64,000 bases of DNA from Bryobacterales bacterium (GTDB lineage: Bacteria > Acidobacteriota > Terriglobia > Bryobacterales > UBA6623): NCBI GenBank assembly GCA_965216215.1, contig CBDCFO010000007.1, positions 454,325 to 518,324 of the forward strand, read 5' to 3'. The notes below the pieces were generated by a model. That model made no database searches and had not been told where the DNA came from. It saw only the letters and a program-made list of their open reading frames with translations. Position numbers and translations under genes: made by a program. This document shows positions 36,325 to 46,332 of this stretch, in pieces. Positions within the stretch are counted from its first letter, which is position 1. Every line of letters starts with the position of its first letter.

Positions 36325-36846
36325 TCCGTACCTTGTGAGACTTACGCGGCATAGCGAACACGCCGGGATTCGTTACCTAGGTGTCGCTGTCTCGCAACAC
36401 GTTGCCGATGTGCGGACTAGTCGTCGGTGAACCCTGAGCACCAGCATCCGGCCTATGCCCGGGCGGCCCTCTGCATTGCGCCGCGATTGCCTTCCACTAT
36501 TCCCCAAGTCGTGGTCTGGCTAGTCCGGTCGGCCGCTAGCTCCTCGCGACGAAGCAGAATCGCTCTCAGGACTTGCGACACTCCCGACTGTGCGAGGATC
36601 GGCTCCTGTCGTGACCGCAGGGGATGCTCCCCGTGGAGTTGCCTTGTAGACTCGCTTCGTCGTCTTTATCAGTGTCAAGTGTCAATGGCAACCAAAAATT
36701 GCGCACATCTGAGGGGGGCCGCTACGGGTCTCGCTGTCCACCCCCAACCGTTTCGGTAATCTGCTCTCCGGCTCGTATGCGCTCGCCACCCTCGACAGGC
36801 TGGCTCCGAGGTTGCGCTATTGGACCATATATGGTCTGATGAGGTC

Positions 36847-37104
36847 ATGAACGAGACAGCGAAGGTGTCGGAACTGAAGGCGAAGCTGAGCGGATACCTC
36901 GCGCAAGTGCGCAACGGAGGGACGGTTACGGTGTGTGACCGCAAGACACCAATCGCTCGCCTTGTGCCTGTTGACCCTCATGCTGGAGGAGTTCAAGTGC
37001 GGGAGGCGACCGATACCGAATGCCTGCCGGTTGGGCGGCGCATTCGGCTGAAGAAACCGATCGACGTCGTTGCGCTGCTGCGTGCTGATCGGGCCGATCG
37101 GTGA
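36847..37104 (+). CDS. Type II antitoxin, Phd/YefM family
   Basis: MNETAKVSELKAKLSGYLAQVRNGGTVTVCDRKTPIARLVP. GAGG lies just upstream of the ATG. The stop overlaps the toxin GTG (GTGA). Confidence 0.8.
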   Translation: MNETAKVSELKAKLSGYLAQVRNGGTVTVCDRKTPIARLVPVDPHAGGVQVREATDTECLPVGRRIRLKKPIDVVALLRADRADR

Positions 37105-37529
37105 CGATCTATCTCGATACCAGCGCGGTACTTCGCGCGTTGCTTGGCGACGGGGACCCCATGCTGGAATGGGGCAGGTGGGATCGCGCGTATTCGAGCG
37201 AGTTGATGGGCGTTGAGGCACGGCGCGCAATCGACCGTCTGCGTCTGGACCGCGCACTTGATGATGATGGGCTGGCGAGTGCTCACCAGGCGCTCGCGGC
37301 GACCGAGCGCGCCATCGGGCTCATTCGCTTGACCCCTGAGGTTCTGCGCAGAGCAGGGCAACCAATGCCGACCCTCGTTAAGACGCTCGATGCGGTCCAT
37401 CTGGCTAGCGCCCAGCTTTTCGCGGAACACCGCAAGACGGGTCTCCTGTTCGGCACGCATGATCGGCGCCAAGCTACGGCGGCCCGTGCGCTCGGTTTCG
37501 AGGTGGTTGGGGTATCCACTCGGGCTTGA
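37101..37529 (+). CDS. vapC: PIN-domain ribonuclease toxin VapC
   Basis: 142-aa ORF, (M)TIYLDTSAVLRALLG (first acidic residue), ...TLDAVHLASAQ. 4-nt overlap with the antitoxin gene. Confidence 0.82.
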   Translation: MTIYLDTSAVLRALLGDGDPMLEWGRWDRAYSSELMGVEARRAIDRLRLDRALDDDGLASAHQALAATERAIGLIRLTPEVLRRAGQPMPTLVKTLDAVHLASAQLFAEHRKTGLLFGTHDRRQATAARALGFEVVGVSTRA

Positions 37530-38112
37530 CGCGCTCTCCCCGGTATCGAGAGGCCCTGGCCTACTGTTTGTGCGATGATTCCGTACCGCGGAGGACGCCC
37601 ATGGTAGATGACCCGTCAGCGCCGTAATGGTCGCGAGCAGCAGATCACCCGTTCCTACCTCGGCGCCTAGTCCGACTGGGCCCCGAAGAATGTCGAGCCC
37701 TCAAGCCAATTTCGGGCACCAAAGCCACCGATGTGACTTTCACTACGCATCGTCCGAGCACGAGTCCGCCGTCTTGCGATCATCTGGATCCACGAGTTTG
37801 TTGCCCAGTGATCCAGTCTGGTCCGGACTGTGGATGTCACCAGCGGATCGGTGATTGCCTACTCCGCATCGAGCCGTCTTGGTGCGGACGCGATGCAGGC
37901 CCGGTTCGGTGTCCACGGTGTGCTCGCGAGACACCTCCAGCCCGACAGATTGCGACGGACCGTGGCCCGATTGTCGTGATATTCGTGCGCCGCCAGATAG
38001 CAAGGGTGGGCAAAGCCTTGCTCGGCCCCGACTGCGTCCAAGGCGGCATTCGGCCCAGCCGACAAGCACCTCGCGGGCGCTTGCAATACTATTCGCTCAT
38101 GGGTTTACGGGA

Positions 38113-38141
38113 TGGGGCCGCGGCGTGGGAATCGAACTCAC
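38113..38141 (-). other. tRNA-like 3' fragment (T-arm plus acceptor 3' strand), not an intact tRNA
   Basis: Minus strand reads GTGAG-TTCGATT-CCCAC-GCCGCGG-C-CCCA: a T-loop consensus with a 5-bp stem (one A/C mismatch) and a 7-nt acceptor strand. No matching 5' acceptor strand, D-arm or anticodon arm could be built upstream. Confidence 0.35.
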
Positions 38142-38473
38142 GAATAAGGGTAATGGAGTCCTCTTCGCGCTGGCTACGGCGCGCCTCCACTATCGGACTC
38201 GATGGTGCCGCAAACGACCGCGTCGCAGCATTACTCGCTTCCTCGTAAGCGTTCCTCCAGATTCTGGGATGCGTCCCGTTCACAGGCGGACCAGTCAGGG
38301 CGGCTACGGGTGCGCGTCACGGTTGGATGCGTCATCAGGCCGACAACCGGCCGTTACCTGGATCTCGCTCGCAACCCAACCTCTCCAGCCGAAGACGGAA
38401 ACAGCGAAGCGCGCCCCTCCGGCATCGCATCCAGAAGGAAGCCAGCAAACCCCACCGGGCGCGGGCAACGTTC

Positions 38474-38740
38474 TTAAATGGACCGCATCAACTTGCCGGG
38501 CTTGAAGCGAACCGTGTACCCGCTTGGGATCTCGACGACCTCGCCGGTCCTAGGATTGCGGCCGATGCCCGTCTTGCGCGGGCGCACCTCGAAAACGCCA
38601 AACCCGCGCAATTCGATCCGCTCGCCTCGTGCCAGCGCGGATTTCATCGATCTCAAGATCGTCTCAACAACAATCTGAGACTGGGACCGGCTGAGGCCGG
38701 AGCGATTGATTACGCGGCTGACAAGGTCTTGCTTGATCAT
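38474..38740 (-). CDS. HU/IHF family DNA-binding protein
   Basis: 88-aa ORF, MIKQDLVSRVINRSGLSRSQSQIVVETILRSMKSALARGERIELRGFGVFEVRPRKTGIGRNPRTGEVVEIP. Confidence 0.92.
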   Translation of the reverse strand: MIKQDLVSRVINRSGLSRSQSQIVVETILRSMKSALARGERIELRGFGVFEVRPRKTGIGRNPRTGEVVEIPSGYTVRFKPGKLMRSI

Positions 38741-38772
38741 TCAAAATGTCCTACGGAACTAACCAGCACTTT

Positions 38773-38802
38773 AATGTAAAGCGATTGTACTAGCCCTGTC
38801 AA
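38773..38802 (-). promoter_or_regulatory. Sigma70-type promoter candidate for the HU/IHF gene
   Basis: Minus strand has TTGACA (38802..38797), an 18-nt spacer, then TACATT (38778..38773). AGGA lies 9 nt before the ATG at 38740. The patch is locally AT-rich. Confidence 0.45.
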
Positions 38803-39082
38803 GGTGTCTAGCCGGCCTACCGTGGAAAAGCCTAGATTTCCAGTTCCCGGCAAGGGTCAAATGTCCGGTTCTGGGGTGGCGAACCGGACAGAGGTGGTCG
38901 GCCTCTCCATGCCGCTGGCTCAGCGACTTGCCGAGATCAGAACGGGTGCTGCTCCGCTGGGCACTCCGATCTGGGCGACAATGCGAATCCGGACTTTGAA
39001 GTTCGTGGTTGGCTGGGAGCGAGGCCGCGTCCGCTCTCCGTTGTCGGCTTCCGATGCCGGTCTGTCGACCCGCGCTTGCACG

Positions 39083-40078
39083 ATGTTCGACAATGGAGCG
39101 ATGATTCGGGCTTTGCTCCTCTGGTCTCTGGCAATCCTGCCCGCGCTGCCTGCCGCGGAGGTCCTGCTGGAACGCACCGGCGATCAGATTGCCGTCTCGA
39201 TCGACGGCCAGCCGTTCACAGCATTCTACTTCGGCACGGAAGCGACCAAGCCGTACCTACATCCGTTGCGGACAGCCGACGGCACGATGGTCACGCGCGG
39301 CTATCCAATGGAGGAGATCGCCGGCGAACAGCGGGACCACCCCCATCATCGCGGTGTCTGGTTCAGCCACGGCGCAGTCAACGGAGTCGACTTTTGGGCC
39401 AACGAAGAGAGCCAGCGATCCCGTGGGGACAAGGGCACGATCGAGTTCAACGAGATTGACGCGGTCCAGTCCGGCGATGAGAAGGGACTAATCGAGGCCA
39501 GCTTTAGCTGGAAGGCTCCCGGCGGGGATCTCCTCTTGACAGAGCGGCGCACGATGGCTTTTCAGCGAGAGGGCGAGGACAACATCGTGGACTTCGATAT
39601 CGTCTTGGTGGCGGAAACCGATCCGGTGCTATTTGGCGATACGAAGGAAGGCACCTTCGCGGTTCGGCTGGCAACTGAACTCGAGGAACAGCACATGCGC
39701 GCCAAAGGCATTCCCCGCACTGGCAGGATCGTAAACGCGGAAGGGCACGAGACAGAAGCGAACGCGTGGGGCAAGCGATCAGCATGGGTTGACTACTCCG
39801 GGAGCATTTCGGGCGAGCCAATGGGGGTGGCGATATTCGACCATCCGGGCAATCCGAAGCATCCCAGTTACTGGCACGTTCGGGGATACGGGCTGTTCGC
39901 GGCCAACATCTTCGGTGAGCACGATTTCCACGCCGACGAGAGCCGAGACGGGAGCATCACGTTGGCGAAGGGCGAAGAACTTCGCTTCCGCTATCGCGTC
40001 ATCGTCCACAAGGGCGGGACAGCTGATACAGACCTGCAGTCGAGATTCGAAGCGTGGGGTAGCTCTGGCAGCCGGTAG
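39083..40078 (+). CDS. DUF6807 / PmoA-like family protein (secreted)
   Basis: Signal peptide MIRALLLWSLAILPALPAAEV, then YFGTEATKPYLHPLRTADGTMVTRGYPMEEIAGEQRDHPHHRGVWFSHGAVNGVDFW. The start is 39083 or 39101; the track ORF from 38804 is over-extended. Confidence 0.7.
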   Translation: MFDNGAMIRALLLWSLAILPALPAAEVLLERTGDQIAVSIDGQPFTAFYFGTEATKPYLHPLRTADGTMVTRGYPMEEIAGEQRDHPHHRGVWFSHGAVNGVDFWANEESQRSRGDKGTIEFNEIDAVQSGDEKGLIEASFSWKAPGGDLLLTERRTMAFQREGEDNIVDFDIVLVAETDPVLFGDTKEGTFAVRLATELEEQHMRAKGIPRTGRIVNAEGHETEANAWGKRSAWVDYSGSISGEPMGVAIFDHPGNPKHPSYWHVRGYGLFAANIFGEHDFHADESRDGSITLAKGEELRFRYRVIVHKGGTADTDLQSRFEAWGSSGSR

Positions 40079-40108
40079 GGCTGACGCTTGCGCTCTCCGG
40101 AAATTGCG

Positions 40109-40486
40109 ATGCGGTACTCCAGAACCCGCTTTGAGACATGGGTTGACGAGGCTTGGGACAGCATCCCTGAGTCCATTCGCAGGGAATTCTCGAATCTCGT
40201 GATCGTTGTGGAGGACGAGCCGAGCCACGAGCAACTGGACGCGGCGGGCGTTCCTCCAGGGGGGACGCTGCTGGGCCTGTACGAGGGAGTGCCGCTAGAC
40301 AAGCGCGGCTGGTACTACCAGATGGCACTGCCGGATCGCATCACGATCTTCCAGCGCCCATTGGAACAATGCGCGGAAGGCGATCTGCGACAGGCCATCT
40401 ACGAGACTCTGTGGCACGAACTTGCGCACCACTTGGGCATGGACGAAAGCCAAGTCAGGGCGGCGGAAAACCGCAAGTTCGGCTGA
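40109..40486 (+). CDS. Small metallopeptidase-family protein (minimal zincin, COG3824-like)
   Basis: [38 protein letters not shown]...[14 protein letters not shown] (HExxH). Confidence 0.7.
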   Translation: MRYSRTRFETWVDEAWDSIPESIRREFSNLVIVVEDEPSHEQLDAAGVPPGGTLLGLYEGVPLDKRGWYYQMALPDRITIFQRPLEQCAEGDLRQAIYETLWHELAHHLGMDESQVRAAENRKFG

Positions 40487-40601
40487 TCGGGGTCGCAACG
40501 GGCCGGCTTGCGGCGCGCCCCTCATAGGCCGGGCGCGCGTATGCCCCTCCCGAGACTCGGCCCTGTACAATGGCGAACTGCCGAGGGACTTACCTGCATC
40601 C

Positions 40602-41804
40602 ATGAATTTCAATTTCTCCCGAAAGGTCCAAGACCTCCGTGCGACGCTGCTCGCTTTCATGGACGAGCACATTTACCCCAACGAGGCGCTGTTCCGGCAG
40701 CAGGTTTCCGAAGGCGACCGCTGGGCGCATCCTCCGATACTGGAGGAACTCAAGTCAAAGGCTCGGTCCCAAGACCTCTGGAACTTATTCCTCCCCAGCA
40801 GCGAGTACGGAGCCGGCCTGACGAACCTCGAGTACGCCCCCCTGTGCGAGATCATGGGCCGCTCTCCCATGGCTTCGGAGGTATTCAACTGCTCCGCTCC
40901 AGACACCGGCAACATGGAGGTGCTCGTGCGGTACGGCACGGACGAGCAGAAGGAGCAGTGGCTGAAGCCCCTCCTGGCTGGCGAAATCCGCTCGTGCTTC
41001 TCGATGACCGAGCCGGATGTAGCATCGAGCGATGCCACAAACATCCGTTCCCGGATTGAGCGGGACGGTGAAGAATACGTTGTCAACGGGCGCAAGTGGT
41101 GGTCGTCCGGAGCCGGTGAGAGACGCTGCAAGCTTTCGATCTTCATGGGCAAGACCAACCCGGATGCACCGAAATACACGCAGCAGGCGATGATCTTGGT
41201 GCCGCTCGACGCCCCGGGCGTTACGATCGAGCGCCTACTGCCCGTATTCGGCTATGACCATGCCCCGCACGGCCATGCGCAAATCACCTTCGAGAATGTG
41301 CGCGTGCCCGCCTCGAACATACTGCTCGGCGAGGGACGGGGCTTCGAAATCGCCCAAGGCCGTCTCGGACCGGGCCGGATCCACCACTGCATGCGATCGA
41401 TCGGAATCGCGGAACGCGCGCTCGAAGCGATGTGCCGCAGGGCCAAGAGCCGGGTTGCGTTCGGGAAGACGCTGGCAGAGCACGGTGCGCTGCGCAAGGA
41501 CATCGCCGACTCACGCATGGAGATCGAGCAACTCCGGCTGCTGGTGTTCAAGGCCGCTTACATGATGGACACCGTCGGCAACAAGGTCGCGCGGCAAGAG
41601 ATTGCGCAGATCAAGGTTATCGCCCCGAATGTCGCGTTGCGCGTACTCGACCGCGCAATCCAAGCTCACGGGGCGATGGGGGTCTGCGAGGACTCGTTCA
41701 TGGCAAGCGCGTGGGCAAGCCAGCGAACGTTGCGTCTGGCAGACGGACCGGACGAAGTCCACCGCGAGGCGATCGCCAAGCTCGAGTTGCGCAAGTACGA
41801 CTGA
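40602..41804 (+). CDS. Acyl-CoA dehydrogenase family protein (FadE2/ACAD10-like)
   Basis: [28 protein letters not shown]..., [17 protein letters not shown], and the C-terminal [15 protein letters not shown]. Start at ATG 40602. Confidence 0.88.
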   Translation: MNFNFSRKVQDLRATLLAFMDEHIYPNEALFRQQVSEGDRWAHPPILEELKSKARSQDLWNLFLPSSEYGAGLTNLEYAPLCEIMGRSPMASEVFNCSAPDTGNMEVLVRYGTDEQKEQWLKPLLAGEIRSCFSMTEPDVASSDATNIRSRIERDGEEYVVNGRKWWSSGAGERRCKLSIFMGKTNPDAPKYTQQAMILVPLDAPGVTIERLLPVFGYDHAPHGHAQITFENVRVPASNILLGEGRGFEIAQGRLGPGRIHHCMRSIGIAERALEAMCRRAKSRVAFGKTLAEHGALRKDIADSRMEIEQLRLLVFKAAYMMDTVGNKVARQEIAQIKVIAPNVALRVLDRAIQAHGAMGVCEDSFMASAWASQRTLRLADGPDEVHREAIAKLELRKYD

Positions 41805-41879
41805 TTGGAAGCGGCTCCGCTGCCTCGTCGCGTTCGAACTTCGCAAGCCCCGAACGGCCGGGCACGGACTGGAGCCAGT

Positions 41880-43571
41880 CTACTGGAGCGACTGACCTTC
41901 GGTTAGCTGGATCTCGCGATTGATCTCCAGCCCGCCGAAGACCTCGACAGATCCTCCCGGCCAGCGGACCTCCAGTAAGTCGACCCCGGCATCCTGGCCT
42001 AGACCGAAGGTCGCCACCGTCTCGCTTTGCGAGCAGTAACTCGAACCGCCGCGGACAATCTGGACCTGGGTTCCCGAAGCGCTGGTCAGGGCGATTTGTG
42101 TTCCCAAGCCGCTGCGGTTCGATTGGGTTCCTTGCAGACGCACCCTCAAATAGTTGTTGGCGTTGCCGCCGTCGTTGCGCAGCAGCTTGGCAGGCCCATC
42201 GTTCGTTGTGATTAGGACATCCAAGTCCCCGTCGGCGTCGTAATCGGCGTAGGCCGCGCCCCGACCGACCAACGCCTCGGAGAAGTCGCTGCCGACGTCG
42301 CCGGATGCAAGCCCGAACCGGCCCGTTCCGTCGTTGCGAAACAACTGTGGCTCCTGCGCGAACTTGACAGCCGGCTGCACAATCTCGATTTCCTCGTCAA
42401 GGTGCCCATTGGCGCAGAATATGTCGGCGTAGCCGTCGAGGTCGTAGTCGAAGAAGAAGGCTCCAAATGTCAGGGACAGCAGGCTGTCGCGGCCGATTTC
42501 GCTAGTCGGAGCCTCGTCGACAAAAAGCCCGTTGCCCTCGTTATGGAAGAGGTTCAGCATCTCGTTAGCGAAGTTCCCCACCAGCAGGTGCGGTCGTCCC
42601 GTCCGGTCGTAGTCAGCCGCATCGACTCCCATCGCGCCGCGTGCCTTGCCGTCCTCGGCGTAAGCGATTCCAGCCGAGACGCCATGCTCGCTGAACGTGC
42701 CATCGCCTTCGTTGCGGTACAGCTTGTTCGGCTGGGTGTCGTTGGCCTGGAAGATGTCGGGCAGCCCGTCCGAATCGTAGTCGAAGATGGCAATGCCGAG
42801 CGCCTTGGCCGTCGGGTCGGCGACCCCGGCGGCTTCGCCGACATCTTCGAATGTTCCGTCACCGCGATTCCGGTACAGAGCGGAGGGCTGACCGAAGTAA
42901 GACTCCGGGGTGCAGTACGTCTTGGTCGAACCATCCATCGAGCACCACAAGTCCCCCTCGGCGGTCCACTGGACGTAATTCGCTACGAACAGGTCAAGAT
43001 GGCCGTCAACGTCGTAGTCGACCCACGCCGCGCTGGTCCCAAACCGCGCGTTGTCAATGCCCGCTGCCCTCGTAACGTCCTCGAACATGCCGTCGCCGCG
43101 GTTGCGGAAGAGCCGGTCACCGTCCAGCACCGTGACGTACAGGTCCTGGAAACCATCGTTGTCGTAGTCGGCGGCAGCAACGCCCAGACCGTACATCGGG
43201 CCCGCCAAGCCCGCTTGCTCCGTGACGTCCGAGAACCGTCCTGCGCCCTCGTTGCGATAGAGCTTGGAGGTGACGTTGCTGGCGTCCCCGGTCCAAGGCC
43301 GCGAGTTCACCAGGAATATGTCAGGCCGCCCGTCGTCGTTGTAGTCGAAGAACGCGCAGCCTGAACCGAGCGTCTCCGGCAAGTACTTCCTGCCTGATCG
43401 CCCGTTGTGGTGGACAAACTCGATCCCCGCCTCGGCGGTCACGTCGGTGAAGGTTACGGGGACTCGCGTCGGTACCGGCAACTCCGGATCCGATTCGCCG
43501 CCAGACGGGCCGCAGGCGACCGCGGCGCAAACGGCGAGCGGGATGGCGAGTCTAGAGCGGTACGGATACAT
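41880..43571 (-). CDS. CRTAC1-family protein (FG-GAP/VCBS repeats + ASPIC/UnbV C-terminal domain), lipoprotein
   Basis: Lipobox LAVCAAVACG. FTDVTAEAGIEFVHHNG...GSGCAFFDYNDDGRPDIFLVN, repeated DYDxDGxxD calcium-binding-like loops, and a C-terminal RVRLQGTQSNRSGLGTQIAL...VRWPGG. Confidence 0.85.
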   Translation of the reverse strand: MYPYRSRLAIPLAVCAAVACGPSGGESDPELPVPTRVPVTFTDVTAEAGIEFVHHNGRSGRKYLPETLGSGCAFFDYNDDGRPDIFLVNSRPWTGDASNVTSKLYRNEGAGRFSDVTEQAGLAGPMYGLGVAAADYDNDGFQDLYVTVLDGDRLFRNRGDGMFEDVTRAAGIDNARFGTSAAWVDYDVDGHLDLFVANYVQWTAEGDLWCSMDGSTKTYCTPESYFGQPSALYRNRGDGTFEDVGEAAGVADPTAKALGIAIFDYDSDGLPDIFQANDTQPNKLYRNEGDGTFSEHGVSAGIAYAEDGKARGAMGVDAADYDRTGRPHLLVGNFANEMLNLFHNEGNGLFVDEAPTSEIGRDSLLSLTFGAFFFDYDLDGYADIFCANGHLDEEIEIVQPAVKFAQEPQLFRNDGTGRFGLASGDVGSDFSEALVGRGAAYADYDADGDLDVLITTNDGPAKLLRNDGGNANNYLRVRLQGTQSNRSGLGTQIALTSASGTQVQIVRGGSSYCSQSETVATFGLGQDAGVDLLEVRWPGGSVEVFGGLEINREIQLTEGQSLQ

Positions 43572-46332
43572 GCTCGTGAATGGGCTGGCGCTCGTTGTTG
43601 TCCTCGGGACTGGAACGGCGCAATTCGGCGGTGCGGGTCTGAGACGACTCGTCGGCCTTGTACCTCAGGAACAGCGCCTCCTCCCGTTGCGCCGCCTCCG
43701 TGTCTCCCAGGCCGCGGAAACATCGCATCTTGGTGTAGTGCATCTGGAGGTCTTCGGGATCAATGCGCGCGACGCGGTCGAGCACCGCAACCGCCTGCTC
43801 GTATTCGCGCTGCAAGAACAGGATGTTCGCGATCTCGTTCAGCACGACGCGATCCCGCGGGAACTGACGCGAGGCCGTTCGGAGATCATCGAGAGCTTGG
43901 TCGTAGTCGCCTGCTGAGCGGTGCGCGAGGGCGCGGAAATAGAGCGCTCGTGGCAAGTCCGGCGACAGCTCCAGTGCCTTTTCCAGAAACGGCTCCGCAT
44001 CAGCCGTCCTCCCTTCCTCGACCATGGACCGGGCCGTGTTCAGCCAGCCGTCGGGATTGTCGGGGTCAGCCTCTACGGCGCGTCTGAAGGCGTGCTCTGC
44101 GCCCTTGAGGTCCCCTTGCAGCAACAGCCCGATACCGTAGTCGTTCCAGCGTTCCCAGTCCGATCTCTCAACGCTAGGCGACCATTCTTCCGACCGGGCG
44201 CCGATGCGCAGCTGGGTTTGCGCAGAGGCGAGCTCGGTGATTGGCAGGACCGGGATTCGATTTTTGATGCCACCGGCCACGTCAGCGGGAATATCCTTCG
44301 GATCGAACGAAAACTCCCGGTCGTCGAATCCATCGCCAAACTCTCCCTCGCCAGCCTGTCCCGCGTAGGAGAACGCGGTATAGGCGTGCGAGAACTTACG
44401 GTGGTTCACCTTGGCGCGCAATGTGAAGGGGCCGGCAGCGCCTTGAGGAACCGGAACGCGGTAGCGCACAATGTCGGCCGCGCCGGGCGGGATCAAGCGC
44501 GCGTAGACCAACCCACGCATGTGGAACGCGTTCCGCTTGTCGATGGGGTTGCCGTGGCCGTCAACCTGCAGGGTGCGGTAGAAGTGGGCTCCCGGATCAA
44601 CGGGCCCGGCGCCATCGCCGGCGACGCGCCCGCTCCAGAAGATTCTCTCGCCAGACGCGTCAAACACCTCGAATTCCACCCACACATCGAAGGCGTCAAC
44701 GGTTCCGCTGGGAAAGAAATGCCCCACCTTGCGGGTGCGCACGACAACATCGACTCGCAGGGTCTCGCCGGGCTCAGCCACTGGCCCGGTCCGGTCGATC
44801 GGAGCGGCGAGGCTGCCAACGTCCCGCAGCAGGACCGGCCCGCGCCGCGAACCGGCTTCTTCGCCCACCGCAAAACCGGTGGCTGCGGCGATCTGCCCGT
44901 CCTGGCGCAGCATCTGCGGCCCCGTGCTCTCCTCAATCGCCTGCGAAACGGCGAAAACATCCACCGAAATGATGCCGTCCTGCAAGAACCGCTGGACCTC
45001 CTCGAGCTGCCTGGCGTCCTCGTTGACATAGGGGACGGCGGTATTGGCCGCCGCGAAACGATGCGACCGCACCATGCCGTCGCGATTGCCCGGATCATCC
45101 GAAGGAACTAGCGGCATGTGGCAGTCCGCGCAATCCTGGGGCTTCTCCGGGTAGTAAAAGGACCTGGCGCCCTGGCCCGACACTCCGCTGGCCTGCCAGC
45201 TGTCATACGAATTGAAGCCGCGAACCCAGCGGTAGCTGTTGACAGGCACATCGAGGTGAACCTTGTGGCACGAAGAGCAGAATTCGGCACCGTCCTCGCG
45301 CATGAAGGGCTTCAGGAACGCACGGCGATGGGCGGCTGGCGCGGTGCGGGTAACGTACTTGTGGACCATTCGCACCAAGCCCAGATCGCTGGAGGCGAGG
45401 TGGTGCAACGGCGGGTACTCGATCACGAATCCGCCGTTGCCCATCGTGTCCGGAACGTGCACGATCGAATGGCACGAAACGCAGCCGAGACCGGCATGCG
45501 CCTCGGGGGTGTCCAACTGGCCCTTCACGGGATCGTCGAACATCCCATTGAACAGCATGGCGTGGTCATGACAGCCCGCGCACCACTTGGATGCCTCCAC
45601 GCCGGCGGTCTCCTGCATGTACTCGATCGACTTCCGATAGAACTGGTTGTTGAACGAGGAGAACCTGTGCATCGAGGACTGCCACTGCTCGTAGACATCC
45701 TTGTGGCACTCCCCGCAGGAAGCCGATTCCAGGAAGAAGTCGGAAGGTATCTTCCCTCCGGCCAAGGTCTGCGAGGCTGAGGGAAAGAACGGACTGTCGC
45801 TGCCCCCTCCCTCGTACTCCATCGACAGGGGCGCGTCGACCGGGTTCAGGATGCGCTCCGATTCGGGCGGAAGCCACCTGTCACGAACGGCCGAGTAAGC
45901 CGGAAGCAGCAGGGCGAGCGTCAAGCAAGCCGCTATCCGGCGATCGCGCCACGCGAATGCAAGCAACAGCGCTCCGGCAAAGCCGCAGGCACCGTGCAGC
46001 AGGACGATCGTGAAGTGGGGCCGAGTGGCCCCGATAACGCAAAGGACAGCTCCGAGGACGGCACACGCCGAAAGAGCGACCATCAAGCGGCGATCAGAAC
46101 GCACGCGACGGAACGCGCGGGCCCCGGAAAACCACATGCCCGCGGCCAGAGCGATGCCCGCCAGAACATGCAGCAATACGTTGGCAACGTAGAAGAGGCT
46201 TGCTCTCGGGAACGCCCAGAGCCAGCCCGAGTTGACGAGCAGGAAGAGAAACGCTGCGCCGGCCAGTCGCGGCGGCCATCCGGATGGCTCGGCAGCGATC
46301 TCCGCCGAACCGTTGCCAGCGTCCGCCGTCAT
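43552..46332 (-). CDS. Membrane-anchored pentaheme cytochrome c with C-terminal TPR repeats
   Basis: 926-aa ORF with about 5 N-terminal TM helices and five CxxCH motifs (CGECH, CAGCH, CVSCH, CSSCH, CADCH). TPR-like C-terminus (AEHAFRRAVEADPDNPDGWLN...ALYFRALAHRSAGDYDQAL). ATGA overlap with the upstream gene and a 20-nt overlap with the downstream gene. Confidence 0.8.
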   Translation of the reverse strand: MTADAGNGSAEIAAEPSGWPPRLAGAAFLFLLVNSGWLWAFPRASLFYVANVLLHVLAGIALAAGMWFSGARAFRRVRSDRRLMVALSACAVLGAVLCVIGATRPHFTIVLLHGACGFAGALLLAFAWRDRRIAACLTLALLLPAYSAVRDRWLPPESERILNPVDAPLSMEYEGGGSDSPFFPSASQTLAGGKIPSDFFLESASCGECHKDVYEQWQSSMHRFSSFNNQFYRKSIEYMQETAGVEASKWCAGCHDHAMLFNGMFDDPVKGQLDTPEAHAGLGCVSCHSIVHVPDTMGNGGFVIEYPPLHHLASSDLGLVRMVHKYVTRTAPAAHRRAFLKPFMREDGAEFCSSCHKVHLDVPVNSYRWVRGFNSYDSWQASGVSGQGARSFYYPEKPQDCADCHMPLVPSDDPGNRDGMVRSHRFAAANTAVPYVNEDARQLEEVQRFLQDGIISVDVFAVSQAIEESTGPQMLRQDGQIAAATGFAVGEEAGSRRGPVLLRDVGSLAAPIDRTGPVAEPGETLRVDVVVRTRKVGHFFPSGTVDAFDVWVEFEVFDASGERIFWSGRVAGDGAGPVDPGAHFYRTLQVDGHGNPIDKRNAFHMRGLVYARLIPPGAADIVRYRVPVPQGAAGPFTLRAKVNHRKFSHAYTAFSYAGQAGEGEFGDGFDDREFSFDPKDIPADVAGGIKNRIPVLPITELASAQTQLRIGARSEEWSPSVERSDWERWNDYGIGLLLQGDLKGAEHAFRRAVEADPDNPDGWLNTARSMVEEGRTADAEPFLEKALELSPDLPRALYFRALAHRSAGDYDQALDDLRTASRQFPRDRVVLNEIANILFLQREYEQAVAVLDRVARIDPEDLQMHYTKMRCFRGLGDTEAAQREEALFLRYKADESSQTRTAELRRSSPEDNNERQPIHEHVSVPL

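Noticed and set aside
38113-38453. A possible tmRNA (ssrA). The 341-nt span runs from GGGGTTTGCTGG... to a T-arm/acceptor-like 3' end, with ATGCCGGAGGGGCG resembling the E. coli PK1 region.
   Set aside because: The candidate acceptor stem has G3-C70 instead of the G3-U70 alanine identity pair. There is no GGnUUCGAC D-loop analogue. Extra nucleotides sit between the T-stem and the acceptor strand. I found no tag reading frame ending in ...AA-stop. I kept only the tRNA-like 3' fragment, at low confidence.
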